From contig OZ024756.1 of the NCBI GenBank assembly GCA_964016885.1, positions 10,230,001-10,294,000 on the forward strand: DNA of 64,000 bases. The letters run 5' to 3'. Both the position numbers and the translations under genes were made by a program. Of the stretch, positions 30,301 to 45,300 are shown piece by piece. Position 1 is the stretch's first letter. Each line of letters starts with the position of its first letter. Origin of the DNA: Eledone cirrhosa (taxonomy: Eukaryota). Below the pieces are notes generated by a model, which saw nothing but the letters and a program-made list of their open reading frames with translations, searched no databases and was not told the DNA's origin.

Positions 30301-33300
30301 GATAAAAGCTGACTTCACACAATTGATGGAAGCTATAGAGTAGGAAGACCTGGGATGAGGTGACTTCACACAATTGATGGAAGCTATAGAGTAGGAAGAC
30401 CTGGGATGAGGTGATAAAAGCTGACTTCACACAATTGATGGAAGCTATGGAGTAAGAAGACCTAGTTTGAGGTGATAAAAGCTGATCTCACACAATTGAT
30501 GGAAGCTATAGAGTAGGAAGACCTGGGATGAGGTGATAAAAGCTGACTTCACACAATTGATGGAAGCTATGAAGTAAGAAGACCTAGTTTGAGGTGATAA
30601 AAGCTGACTTCACACAATTGATGGAAGCTATAGAGTAGGAAGACCTGGGATGAGGTGATAAAAGCTGACCTCACACAATTGATGGAAGCTATGGAGTAAG
30701 AAGACCTAGTTTGAGGTGATAAAAGCTGATCTCACACAATTGATGGAAGCTATAGAGTAGGAAGACCTAGTTTGAGGTGATAAAAGCTGACTTAACACAA
30801 TTGATGGAAGCTATAGAGTAGGAAGACCTGGCATGAGGTGATAAAAGCTGACTTAACACAATTGATGGAAGCTATAGAGTAGGAAGACCTGGCATGAGGT
30901 GATAAAAGCTGACTTCACACAATTGATGGAAGCTATAGAGTAGGAAGACCTGGCATGAGGTGATAAAAGCTGACTTCACACAATTGATGGAAGCTATAGA
31001 GTAGGAAGACCTGGCATGAGGTGATAAAAGCTGACTTAACACAATTGATGGAAGCTATAGAGTAGGAAGACCTGGCATGAGGTGATAAAAGCTGACTTCA
31101 CACAATTGATGGAAGCTATAGAGTAGGAAGACCTGGCATGAGGTGATAAAAGCTGACTTCACACAATTGATAGAAGCTATAGAGTAGGAAGACCTGGGAT
31201 GGGGTGATAAAAGCTGACTTCACACAATTGATAGAAGCTATAGAGTAGGAAGACCTAGTTTGAGGTGATAAAACTGACTTAACACAATTGATGGAAGCTA
31301 TAGAGTAGGAAGACCTGGCATGAGGTGATAAAAGCTGACTTCACACAATTGATGGAAGCTATGGAATAGGCAGACCTGGGATGAGGTGATAAAAGCTGAC
31401 CTCACACAATTGATGGAAGCTATGGAGTAAGAACACCTAGTTTGAGGTGATAAAAGCTGACTTCACACAATTGATGGAAGCTATGGAGTAGGAAGACCTA
31501 ATTTGAGGTGATAAAAGCTGACTTCACACAATTGATGGAAGCTATGGAGTAAGAACACCTAGTTTGAGGTGATAAAAGCTGACTTCACACAATTGATGGA
31601 AGCTATAGAGTAGGAAGACCTGGGATGAGGTGATAAAAGCTTACTTCACACAATTGATGGAAGCTATAGAGTAAGAAGACGTAATTTGAGGTGATAAAAG
31701 CTGACTTCACACAATTGATGGAAGCTATAGAGTAGGAAGACCTGGGATGGGGTGATAAAAGCTGACTTCACACAATTGATGGAAGCTATGGAGTAAGAAG
31801 ACCTAGTTTGAGGTGATAAAAGCTGACTTCACACAATTGATGGAAGCTATGGAGTAAAAAGACCTAATTTGAGGTGATAAAAGCTGACTTCACACAATTG
31901 ATGGAAGCTATAGAGTAGGAAGACCTGGGATGGGGTGATAAAAGCTGACTTCACACAATTGATGGAAGCTATGGAGTAAGAAGACCTAGTTTGAGGTGAT
32001 AAAAGCTGACTTCACACAATTGATGGAAGCTATAGAGTAGGAAGACCTGGGATGAGGTGATAAAAGCTGACTTCACACAATTGATGGAAGCTATAGAGTA
32101 GGAAGACCTAGTTTGAGGTGATAAAAGCTGACTTCACACAATTGATGGAAGCTATAGAGTAGGAAGACCTAGTTTGAGGTGATAAAAGCTGATCTCACAC
32201 AATTGATGGAAGCTATAGAGTAGGAAGACCTGGGGTGAGGTGATAAAAGCTGACTTCACACAATTGATGGAAGCTATGGAGTAAGAAGACCTAGTTTGAG
32301 GTGATAAAAGCTGACTTCACCAATTGATGGAAGCTATAGAGTAGGAAGACCTAGTTTGAGGTGATAAAAGCTGACTTCACACAATTGATGGAAGCTATAG
32401 AGTAGGAAGACCTGGGATGAGGTGACTTCACACAATTGATGGAAGCTATAGAGTAGGAAGACCTGGGATGAGGTGATAAAAGCTGACTTCACACAATTGA
32501 TGGAAGCTATGGAGTAAGAAGACCTAGTTTGAGGTGATAAAAGCTGATCTCACACAATTGATGGAAGCTATAGAGTAGGAAGACCTGGGATGAGGTGATA
32601 AAAGCTGACCTCACACAATTGATGGACGCTATAGAGTAAGAAGACGTAATTTGAGGTGATAAAAGCTGACTTCACACAATTGATGGAAGCTATAGAGTAG
32701 GAAGACCTAATTTGAGGTGATAAAAGCTGACTTCACACAATTGATGGAAGTCATAGAATAGGAAGACCTGGGATGAGGTGATAAAAGCTGACTTCACACA
32801 ATTGATGGAAGCTATAGAGTAGGAAGACCTAGTTTGAGGTGATAAAAGCTGACTTCACACAATTGATGGAAGCTATGGAGTAAGAAGACCTAATTTGAGG
32901 TGATAAAAGCTGACTTCACACAATTGATGGAAGCTATAGAGTAGGAAGACCTGGGATGGGGTGATAAAAGCTGACTTCACACAATTGATGGAAGCTATGG
33001 AGTAAGAAGACCTAGTTTGAGGTGATAAAAGCTGACTTCACACAATTGATGGAAGCTATAGAGTAGGAAGACCTGGGATGGGGTGATAAAAGCTGACTTC
33101 ACACAATTGATAGAAGCTATAGAGTAGGAAGACCTAGTTTGAGGTGATAAAAGCTGACTTAACACAATTGATGGAAGCTATAGAGTAGGAAGACCTGGCA
33201 TGAGGTGATAAAAGCTGACTTCACACAATTGATAGAAGCTATAGAGTAGGAAGACCTGGGATGAGGTGATAAAAGCCGACTTCACACAATTGATGGAAGC

Positions 33301-36300
33301 TATGGAATAGGCAGACCTGGGATGAGGTGATAAAAGCTGACCTCACACAATTGATGGAAGCTATGGAGTAAGAACACCTAGTTTGAGGTGATAAAAGCTG
33401 ACTTCACACAATTGATGGAAGCTATGGAGTAGGAAGACCTAATTTGAGGTGATAAAAGCTGACTTCACACAATTGATGGAAGCTATGGAGTAAGAACACC
33501 TAGTTTGAGGTGATAAAAGCTGACTTCACACAATTGATGGAAGCTATAGAGTAGGAAGACCTGGGATGAGGTGATAAAAGCTTACTTCACACAATTGATG
33601 GAAGCTATAGAGTAAGAAGACGTAATTTGAGGTGATAAAAGCTGACTTCACACAATTGATGGAAGCTATAGAGTAGGAAGACCTGGGATGGGGTGATAAA
33701 AGCTGACTTCACACAATTGATGGAAGCTATGGAGTAAGAAGACCTAGTTTGAGGTGATAAAAGCTGACTTCACACAATTGATGGAAGCTATGGAGTAAAA
33801 AGACCTAATTTGAGGTGATAAAAGCTGACTTCACACAATTGATGGAAGCTATAGAGTAGGAAGACCTGGGATGGGGTGATAAAAGCTGACTTCACACAAT
33901 TGATGGAAGCTATGGAGTAAGAAGACCTAGTTTGAGGTGATAAAAGCTGACTTCACACAATTGATGGAAGCTATAGAGTAGGAAGACCTGGGATGAGGTG
34001 ATAAAAGCTGACTTCACACAATTGATGGAAGCTATAGAGTAGGAAGACCTAGTTTGAGGTGATAAAAGCTGACTTCACACAATTGATGGAAGCTATAGAG
34101 TAGGAAGACCTAGTTTGAGGTGATAAAAGCTGATCTCACACAATTGATGGAAGCTATAGAGTAGGAAGACCTGGGGTGAGGTGATAAAAGCTGACTTCAC
34201 ACAATTGATGGAAGCTATGGAGTAAGAAGACCTAGTTTGAGGTGATAAAAGCTGACTTCACCAATTGATGGAAGCTATAGAGTAGGAAGACCTAGTTTGA
34301 GGTGATAAAAGCTGACTTCACACAATTGATGGAAGCTATAGAGTAGGAAGACCTGGGATGAGGTGACTTCACACAATTGATGGAAGCTATAGAGTAGGAA
34401 GACCTGGGATGAGGTGATAAAAGCTGACTTCACACAATTGATGGAAGCTATGGAGTAAGAAGACCTAGTTTGAGGTGATAAAAGCTGATCTCACACAATT
34501 GATGGAAGCTATAGAGTAGGAAGACCTGGGATGAGGTGATAAAAGCTGACTTCACACAATTGATGGAAGCTATGAAGTAAGAAGACCTAGTTTGAGGTGA
34601 TAAAAGCTGACTTCACACAATTGATGGAAGCTATAGAGTAGGAAGACCTGGGATGAGGTGATAAAAGCTGACCTCACACAATTGATGGAAGCTATGGAGT
34701 AAGAAGACCTAGTTTGAGGTGATAAAAGCTGATCTCACACAATTGATGGAAGCTATAGAGTAGGAAGACCTAGTTTGAGGTGATAAAAGCTGACTTCACA
34801 CAATTGATGGAAGCTATAGAGTAGGAAGACTTGGGATGAGGTGATAAAAGCTGACCTCACACAATTGATGGAAGCTATGGAGTAAGAAGACCTAGTTTGA
34901 GGTGATAAAAGCTGACTTCACACAATTGATGGAAGCTATAGAGTAGGAAGACCTGGGATGAGGTGATAAAAGCTGACTTCACACAATTGATGGACGCTAT
35001 AGAGTAAGAAGACGTAATTTGAGGTGATAAAAGCTGACTTCACACAATTGATGGAAGCTATGGAGTAAGAAGACCTAGTTTGAGGTGATAAAAGCTGACT
35101 TCACACAATTGATGGAAGCTATGGAGTAAGAAGACCTAGTTTGAGGTGATAAAAGCTGACTTCACACAATTGATGGAAGCTATGGAGTAGGAAGACCTAA
35201 TTTGAGGTGATAAAAGCTGACTTCACACAATTGATGGAAGCTATAGAGTAGAAGACCTGGGATGGGGTGATAAAAGCTGACTTCACACAATTGATGGAAG
35301 CTATAGAGTAGGAAGACCTAGTTTGAGGTGATAAAAGCTGACTTCACACAATTGATGGAAGCTATAGAGTAGGAAGACCTGGCATGAGGTGATAAAAGCT
35401 GACTTCACACAATTGATAGAAGCTATAGAGTAGGAAGACCTGGGATGAGGTGATAAAAGCCGACTTCACACAATTGATGGAAGCTATGGAATAGGCAGAC
35501 CTGGGATGAGGTGATAAAAGCTGACCTCACACAATTGATGGAAGCTATGGAGTAAGAACACCTAGTTTGAGGTGATAAAAGCTGACTTCACACAATTGAT
35601 GGAAGCTATAGAGTAGGAAGACCTGGGATGAGGTGATAAAAGCTTACTTCACACAATTGATGGAAGCTATAGAGTAAGAAGACGTAATTTGAGGTGATAA
35701 AAGCTGACTTCACACAATTGATGGAAGCTATAGAGTAGGAAGACCTGGGATGGGGTGATAAAAGCTGACTTCACACAATTGATGGAAGCTATGGAGTAAG
35801 AAGACCTAGTTTGAGGTGATAAAAGCTGACTTCACACAATTGATGGAAGCTATAGAGTAGGAAGACCTGGGATGAGGTGATAAAAGCTGACTTCACACAA
35901 TTGATGGAAGCTATGGAGTAGGAAGACCTAATTTGAGGTGATAAAAGCTGACTTCACACAATTGATGGAAGCTATAGAGTAGGAAGACCTAGTTTGAGGT
36001 GATAAAAGCTGACTTCACACAATTGATGGAAGCTATAGAGTAGGAAGACCTAGTTTGAGGTGATAAAAGCTGATCTCACACAATTGATGGAAGCTATAGA
36101 GTAGGAAGACCTGGGGTGAGGTGATAAAAGCTGACTTCACACAATTGATGGAAGCTATGGAGTAAGAAGACCTAGTTTGAGGTGATAAAAGCTGACTTCA
36201 CCAATTGATGGAAGCTATAGAGTAGGAAGACCTAGTTTGAGGTGATAAAAGCTGACTTCACACAATTGATGGAAGCTATAGAGTAGGAAGACCTGGGATG

Positions 36301-39300
36301 AGGTGACTTCACACAATTGATGGAAGCTATAGAGTAGGAAGACCTGGGATGAGGTGATAAAAGCTGACTTCACACAATTGATGGAAGCTATGGAGTAAGA
36401 AGACCTAGTTTGAGGTGATAAAAGCTGATCTCACACAATTGATGGAAGCTATAGAGTAGGAAGACCTGGGATGAGGTGATAAAAGCTGACTTCACACAAT
36501 TGATGGAAGCTATGAAGTAAGAAGACCTAGTTTGAGGTGATAAAAGCTGACTTCACACAACTGATGGAAGCTATAGAGTAGGAAGACTTGGGATGAGGTG
36601 ATAAAAGCTGACCTCACACAATTGATGGAAGCTATGGAGTAAGAAGACCTAGTTTGAGGTGATAAAAGCTGACTTCACACAATTGATGGAAGCTATAGAG
36701 TAGGAAGACCTGGGATGAGGTGATAAAAGCTGACTTCACACAATTGATGGACGCTATAGAGTAAGAAGACGTAATTTGAGGTGATAAAAGCTGACTTCAC
36801 ACAATTGATGGAAGCTATGGAGTAAGAAGACCTAGTTTGAGGTGATAAAAGCTGACTTCACACAATTGATGGAAGCTATGGAGTAAGAAGACCTAGTTTG
36901 AGGTGATAAAAGCTGACTTCACACAATTGATGGAAGCTATGGAGTAGGAAGACCTAATTTGAGGTGATAAAAGCTGACTTCACACAATTGATGGAAGCTA
37001 TAGAGTAGAAGACCTGGGATGGGGTGATAAAAGCTGACTTCACACAATTGATGGAAGCTATAGAGTAGGAAGACCTAGTTTGAGGTGATAAAAGCTGACT
37101 TCACACAATTGATGGAAGCTATAGAGTAGGAAGACCTGGCATGAGGTGATAAAAGCTGACTTCACACAATTGATAGAAGCTATAGAGTAGGAAGACCTGG
37201 GATGAGGTGATAAAAGCCGACTTCACACAATTGATGGAAGCTATGGAATAGGCAGACCTGGGATGAGGTGATAAAAGCTGACCTCACACAATTGATGGAA
37301 GCTATGGAGTAAGAACACCTAGTTTGAGGTGATAAAAGCTGACTTCACACAATTGATGGAAGCTATAGAGTAGGAAGACCTGGGATGAGGTGATAAAAGC
37401 TTACTTCACACAATTGATGGAAGCTATAGAGTAAGAAGACGTAATTTGAGGTGATAAAAGCTGACTTCACACAATTGATGGAAGCTATAGAGTAGGAAGA
37501 CCTGGGATGGGGTGATAAAAGCTGACTTCACACAATTGATGGAAGCTATGGAGTAAGAAGACCTAGTTTGAGGTGATAAAAGCTGACTTCACACAATTGA
37601 TGGAAGCTATAGAGTAGGAAGACCTGGGATGAGGTGATAAAAGCTGACTTCACACAATTGATGGAAGCTATGGAGTAGGAAGACCTAATTTGAGGTGATA
37701 AAAGCTGACTTCACACAATTGATGGAAGCTATAGAGTAGGAAGACCTGGGATGGGGTGATAAAAGCTGACTTCACACAATTGATGGAAGCTATAGAGTAG
37801 GAAGACCTAGTTTGAGGTGATAAAAGCTGACTTCACACAATTGATGGAAGCTATAGAGTAGGAACACCTGGCATGAGGTGATAAAAGCTGACTTCACACA
37901 ATTGATAGAAGCTATAGAGTAGGAAGACCTGGGATGAGGTGATAAAAGCCGACTTCACACAATTGATGGAAGCTATGGAATAGGCAGACCTGGGATGAGG
38001 TGATAAAAGCTGACCTCACACAATTGATGGAAGCTATGGAGTAAGAACACCTAGTTTGAGGTGATAAAAGCTGACTTCACACAATTGATGGAAGCTATAG
38101 AGTAGGAAGACCTGGGATGAGGTGATAAAAGCTTACTTCACACAATTGATGGAAGCTATAGAGTAAGAAGACGTAATTTGAGGTGATAAAAGCTGACTTC
38201 ACACAATTGATGGAAGCTATAGAGTAGGAAGACCTGGGATGGGGTGATAAAAGCTGACTTCACACAATTGATGGAAGCTATGGAGTAAGAAGACCTAGTT
38301 TGAGGTGATAAAAGCTGACTTCACACAATTGATGGAAGCTATGGAGTAAAAAGACCTAATTTGAGGTGATAAAAGCTGACTTCACACAATTGATGGAAGC
38401 TATAGAGTAGGAAGACCTGGGATGGGGTGATAAAAGCTGACTTCACACAATTGATGGAAGCTATGGAGTAAGAAGACCTAGTTTGAGGTGATAAAAGCTG
38501 ACTTCACACAATTGATGGAAGCTATAGAGTAGGAAGACCTGGGATGAGGTGATAAAAGCTGACTTCACACAATTGATGGAAGCTATAGAGTAGGAAGACC
38601 TAGTTTGAGGTGATAAAAGCTGACTTCACACAATTGATGGAAGCTATAGAGTAGGAAGACCTAGTTTGAGGTGATAAAAGCTGATCTCACACAATTGATG
38701 GAAGCTATAGAGTAGGAAGACCTGGGGTGAGGTGATAAAAGCTGACTTCACACAATTGATGGAAGCTATGGAGTAAGAAGACCTAGTTTGAGGTGATAAA
38801 AGCTGACTTCACCAATTGATGGAAGCTATAGAGTAGGAAGACCTAGTTTGAGGTGATAAAAGCTGACTTCACACAATTGATGGAAGCTATAGAGTAGGAA
38901 GACCTGGGATGAGGTGACTTCACACAATTGATGGAAGCTATAGAGTAGGAAGACCTGGGATGAGGTGATAAAAGCTGACTTCACACAATTGATGGAAGCT
39001 ATGGAGTAAGAAGACCTAGTTTGAGGTGATAAAAGCTGATCTCACACAATTGATGGAAGCTATAGAGTAGGAAGACCTGGGATGAGGTGATAAAAGCTGA
39101 CTTCACACAATTGATGGAAGCTATGAAGTAAGAAGACCTAGTTTGAGGTGATAAAAGCTGACTTCACACAATTGATGGAAGCTATAGAGTAGGAAGACCT
39201 GGGATGAGGTGATAAAAGCTGACCTCACACAATTGATGGAAGCTATGGAGTAAGAAGACCTAGTTTGAGGTGATAAAAGCTGATCTCACACAATTGATGG

Positions 39301-42300
39301 AAGCTATAGAGTAGGAAGACCTAGTTTGAGGTGATAAAAGCTGACTTCACACAATTGATGGAAGCTATAGAGTAGGAAGACTTGGGATGAGGTGATAAAA
39401 GCTGACCTCACACAATTGATGGAAGCTATGGAGTAAGAAGACCTAGTTTGAGGTGATAAAAGCTGACTTCACACAATTGATGGAAGCTATGGAGTAAGAA
39501 GACCTAGTTTGAGGTGATAAAAGCTGACTTCACACAATTGATGGAAGCTATGGAGTAGGAAGACCTAATTTGAGGTGATAAAAGCTGACTTCACACAATT
39601 GATGGAAGCTATAGAGTAGAAGACCTGGGATGGGGTGATAAAAGCTGACTTCACACAATTGATGGAAGCTATAGAGTAGGAAGACCTAGTTTGAGGTGAT
39701 AAAAGCTGACTTCACACAATTGATGGAAGCTATAGAGTAGGAAGACCTGGCATGAGGTGATAAAAGCTGACTTCACACAATTGATAGAAGCTATAGAGTA
39801 GGAAGACCTGGGATGAGGTGATAAAAGCCGACTTCACACAATTGATGGAAGCTATGGAATAGGCAGACCTGGGATGAGGTGATAAAAGCTGACCTCACAC
39901 AATTGATGGAAGCTATGGAGTAAGAACACCTAGTTTGAGGTGATAAAAGCTGACTTCACACAATTGATGGAAGCTATAGAGTAGGAAGACCTGGGATGAG
40001 GTGATAAAAGCTTACTTCACACAATTGATGGAAGCTATAGAGTAAGAAGACGTAATTTGAGGTGATAAAAGCTGACTTCACACAATTGATGGAAGCTATG
40101 GAGTAAGAAGACCTAGTTTGAGGTGATAAAAGCTGACTTCACACAATTGATGGAAGCTATGGAGTAAGAAGACCTAGTTTGAGGTGATAAAAGCTGACTT
40201 CACACAATTGATGGAAGCTATGGAGTAGGAAGACCTAATTTGAGGTGATAAAAGCTGACTTCACACAATTGATGGAAGCTATAGAGTAGAAGACCTGGGA
40301 TGGGGTGATAAAAGCTGACTTCACACAATTGATGGAAGCTATAGAGTAGGAAGACCTAGTTTGAGGTGATAAAAGCTGACTTCACACAATTGATGGAAGC
40401 TATAGAGTAGGAAGACCTGGCATGAGGTGATAAAAGCTGACTTCACACAATTGATAGAAGCTATAGAGTAGGAAGACCTGGGATGAGGTGATAAAAGCCG
40501 ACTTCACACAATTGATGGAAGCTATGGAATAGGCAGACCTGGGATGAGGTGATAAAAGCTGACCTCACACAATTGATGGAAGCTATGGAGTAAGAACACC
40601 TAGTTTGAGGTGATAAAAGCTGACTTCACACAATTGATGGAAGCTATAGAGTAGGAAGACCTGGGATGAGGTGATAAAAGCTTACTTCACACAATTGATG
40701 GAAGCTATAGAGTAAGAAGACGTAATTTGAGGTGATAAAAGCTGACTTCACACAATTGATGGAAGCTATAGAGTAGGAAGACCTGGGATGGGGTGATAAA
40801 AGCTGACTTCACACAATTGATGGAAGCTATGGAGTAAGAAGACCTAGTTTGAGGTGATAAAAGCTGACTTCACACAATTGATGGAAGCTATAGAGTAGGA
40901 AGACCTGGGATGAGGTGATAAAAGCTGACTTCACACAATTGATGGAAGCTATGGAGTAGGAAGACCTAGTTTGAGGTGATAAAAGCTGATCTCACACAAT
41001 TGATGGAAGCTATAGAGTAGGAAGACCTGGGATGGGGTGATAAAAGCTGACTTCACACAATTGATGGAAGCTATAGAGTAGGAAGACCTAGTTTGAGGTG
41101 ATAAAAGCTGACTTCACACAATTGATGGAAGCTATAGAGTAGGAAGACCTGGGATGGGGTGATAAAAGCTGACTTCACACAATTGATGGAAGCTATGGAG
41201 TAGGAAGACCTAGTTTGAGGTGATAAAAGCTGACTTCACACAATTGATGGAAGCTATAGAGTAGGAAGACCTGGGATGGGGTGATAAAAGCTGACTTCAC
41301 ACAATTGATGGAAGCTATAGAGTAGGAAGACCTAGTTTGAGGTGATAAAAGCTGACTTCACACAATTGATGGAAGCTATAGAGTAGGAAGACCTAGTTTG
41401 AGGTGATAAAAGCTGATCTCACACAATTGATGGAAGCTATAGAGTAGGAAGACCTGGGGTGAGGTGATAAAAGCTGACTTCACACAATTGATGGAAGCTA
41501 TGGAGTAAGAAGACCTAGTTTGAGGTGATAAAAGCTGACTTCACCAATTGATGGAAGCTATAGAGTAGGAAGACCTAGTTTGAGGTGATAAAAGCTGACT
41601 TCACACAATTGATGGAAGCTATAGAGTAGGAAGACCTGGGATGAGGTGACTTCACACAATTGATGGAAGCTATAGAGTAGGAAGACCTGGGATGAGGTGA
41701 TAAAAGCTGACTTCACACAATTGATGGAAGCTATGGAGTAAGAAGACCTAGTTTGAGGTGATAAAAGCTGATCTCACACAATTGATGGAAGCTATAGAGT
41801 AGGAAGACCTGGGATGAGGTGATAAAAGCTGACCTCACACAATTGATGGAAGCTATGAAGTAAGAAGACCTAGTTTGAGGTGATAAAAGCTGATCTCACA
41901 CAATTGATGGAAGCTATAGAGTAGGAAGACCTAGTTTGAGGTGATAAAAGCTGACTTCACACAACTGATGGAAGCTATAGAGTAGGAAGACTTGGGATGA
42001 GGTGATAAAAGCTGACCTCACACAATTGATGGAAGCTATGGAGTAAGAAGACCTAGTTTGAGGTGATAAAAGCTGACTTCACACAATTGATGGAAGCTAT
42101 AGAGTAGGAAGACCTGGGATGAGGTGATAAAAGCTGACTTCACACAATTGATGGACGCTATAGAGTAAGAAGACGTAATTTGAGGTGATAAAAGCTGACT
42201 TCACACAATTGATGGAAGCTATGGAGTAAGAAGACCTAGTTTGAGGTGATAAAAGCTGACTTCACACAATTGATGGAAGCTATGGAGTAAGAAGACCTAG

Positions 42301-45300
42301 TTTGAGGTGATAAAAGCTGACTTCACACAATTGATGGAAGCTATGGAGTAGGAAGACCTAATTTGAGGTGATAAAAGCTGACTTCACACAATTGATGGAA
42401 GCTATAGAGTAGAAGACCTGGGATGGGGTGATAAAAGCTGACTTCACACAATTGATGGAAGCTATAGAGTAGGAAGACCTAGTTTGAGGTGATAAAAGCT
42501 GACTTCACACAATTGATGGAAGCTATAGAGTAGGAAGACCTGGCATGAGGTGATAAAAGCTGACTTCACAGAATTGATAGAAGCTATAGAGTAGGAAGAC
42601 CTGGGATGAGGTGATAAAAGCCGACTTCACACAATTGATGGAAGCTATGGAATAGGCAGACCTGGGATGAGGTGATAAAAGCTGACCTCACACAATTGAT
42701 GGAAGCTATGGAGTAAGAACACCTAGTTTGAGGTGATAAAAGCTGACTTCACACAATTGATGGAAGCTATAGAGTAGGAAGACCTGGGATGAGGTGATAA
42801 AAGCTTACTTCACACAATTGATGGAAGCTATAGAGTAAGAAGACGTAATTTGAGGTGATAAAAGCTGACTTCACACAATTGATGGAAGCTATAGAGTAGG
42901 AAGACCTGGGATGGGGTGATAAAAGCTGACTTCACACAATTGATGGAAGCTATGGAGTAAGAAGACCTAGTTTGAGGTGATAAAAGCTGACTTCACACAA
43001 TTGATGGAAGCTATAGAGTAGGAAGACCTGGGATGAGGTGATAAAAGCTGACTTCACACAATTGATGGAAGCTATGGAGTAGGAAGACCTAATTTGAGGT
43101 GATAAAAGCTGACTTCACACAATTGATGGAAGCTATAGAGTAGGAAGACCTGGGATGGGGTGATAAAAGCTGACTTCACACAATTGATGGAAGCTATAGA
43201 GTAGGAAGACCTAGTTTGAGGTGATAAAAGCTGACTTCACACAATTGATGGAAGCTATAGAGTAGGAACACCTGGCATGAGGTGATAAAAGCTGACTTCA
43301 CACAATTGATAGAAGCTATAGAGTAGGAAGACCTGGGATGAGGTGATAAAAGCCGACTTCACACAATTGATGGAAGCTATGGAATAGGCAGACCTGGGAT
43401 GAGGTGATAAAAGCTGACCTCACACAATTGATGGAAGCTATGGAGTAAGAACACCTAGTTTGAGGTGATAAAAGCTGACTTCACACAATTGATGGAAGCT
43501 ATAGAGTAGGAAGACCTGGGATGAGGTGATAAAAGCTTACTTCACACAATTGATGGAAGCTATAGAGTAAGAAGACGTAATTTGAGGTGATAAAAGCTGA
43601 CTTCACACAATTGATGGAAGCTATAGAGTAGGAAGACCTGGGATGGGGTGATAAAAGCTGACTTCACACAATTGATGGAAGCTATGGAGTAAGAAGACCT
43701 AGTTTGAGGTGATAAAAGCTGACTTCACACAATTGATGGAAGCTATGGAGTAAAAAGACCTAATTTGAGGTGATAAAAGCTGACTTCACACAATTGATGG
43801 AAGCTATAGAGTAGGAAGACCTGGGATGGGGTGATAAAAGCTGACTTCACACAATTGATGGAAGCTATGGAGTAAGAAGACCTAGTTTGAGGTGATAAAA
43901 GCTGACTTCACACAATTGATGGAAGCTATAGAGTAGGAAGACCTGGGATGAGGTGATAAAAGCTGACTTCACACAATTGATGGAAGCTATAGAGTAGGAA
44001 GACCTAGTTTGAGGTGATAAAAGCTGACTTCACACAATTGATGGAAGCTATAGAGTAGGAAGACCTAGTTTGAGGTGATAAAAGCTGATCTCACACAATT
44101 GATGGAAGCTATAGAGTAGGAAGACCTGGGGTGAGGTGATAAAAGCTGACTTCACACAATTGATGGAAGCTATGGAGTAAGAAGACCTAGTTTGAGGTGA
44201 TAAAAGCTGACTTCACCAATTGATGGAAGCTATAGAGTAGGAAGACCTAGTTTGAGGTGATAAAAGCTGACTTCACACAATTGATGGAAGCTATAGAGTA
44301 GGAAGACCTGGGATGAGGTGACTTCACACAATTGATGGAAGCTATAGAGTAGGAAGACCTGGGATGAGGTGATAAAAGCTGACTTCACACAATTGATGGA
44401 AGCTATGGAGTAAGAAGACCTAGTTTGAGGTGATAAAAGCTGATCTCACACAATTGATGGAAGCTATAGAGTAGGAAGACCTGGGATGAGGTGATAAAAG
44501 CTGACTTCACACAATTGATGGAAGCTATGAAGTAAGAAGACCTAGTTTGAGGTGATAAAAGCTGACTTCACACAATTGATGGAAGCTATAGAGTAGGAAG
44601 ACCTGGGATGAGGTGATAAAAGCTGACCTCACACAATTGATGGAAGCTATGGAGTAAGAAGACCTAGTTTGAGGTGATAAAAGCTGATCTCACACAATTG
44701 ATGGAAGCTATAGAGTAGGAAGACCTAGTTTGAGGTGATAAAAGCTGACTTCACACAATTGATGGAAGCTATAGAGTAGGAAGACTTGGGATGAGGTGAT
44801 AAAAGCTGACCTCACACAATTGATGGAAGCTATGGAGTAAGAAGACCTAGTTTGAGGTGATAAAAGCTGACTTCACACAATTGATGGAAGCTATAGAGTA
44901 GGAAGACCTGGGATGAGGTGATAAAAGCTGACTTCACACAATTGATGGACGCTATAGAGTAAGAAGACGTAATTTGAGGTGATAAAAGCTGACTTCACAC
45001 AATTGATGGAAGCTATGGAGTAAGAAGACCTAGTTTGAGGTGATAAAAGCTGACTTCACACAATTGATGGAAGCTATGGAGTAAGAAGACCTAGTTTGAG
45101 GTGATAAAAGCTGACTTCACACAATTGATGGAAGCTATGGAGTAGGAAGACCTAATTTGAGGTGATAAAAGCTGACTTCACACAATTGATGGAAGCTATA
45201 GAGTAGAAGACCTGGGATGGGGTGATAAAAGCTGACTTCACACAATTGATGGAAGCTATAGAGTAGGAAGACCTAGTTTGAGGTGATAAAAGCTGACTTC

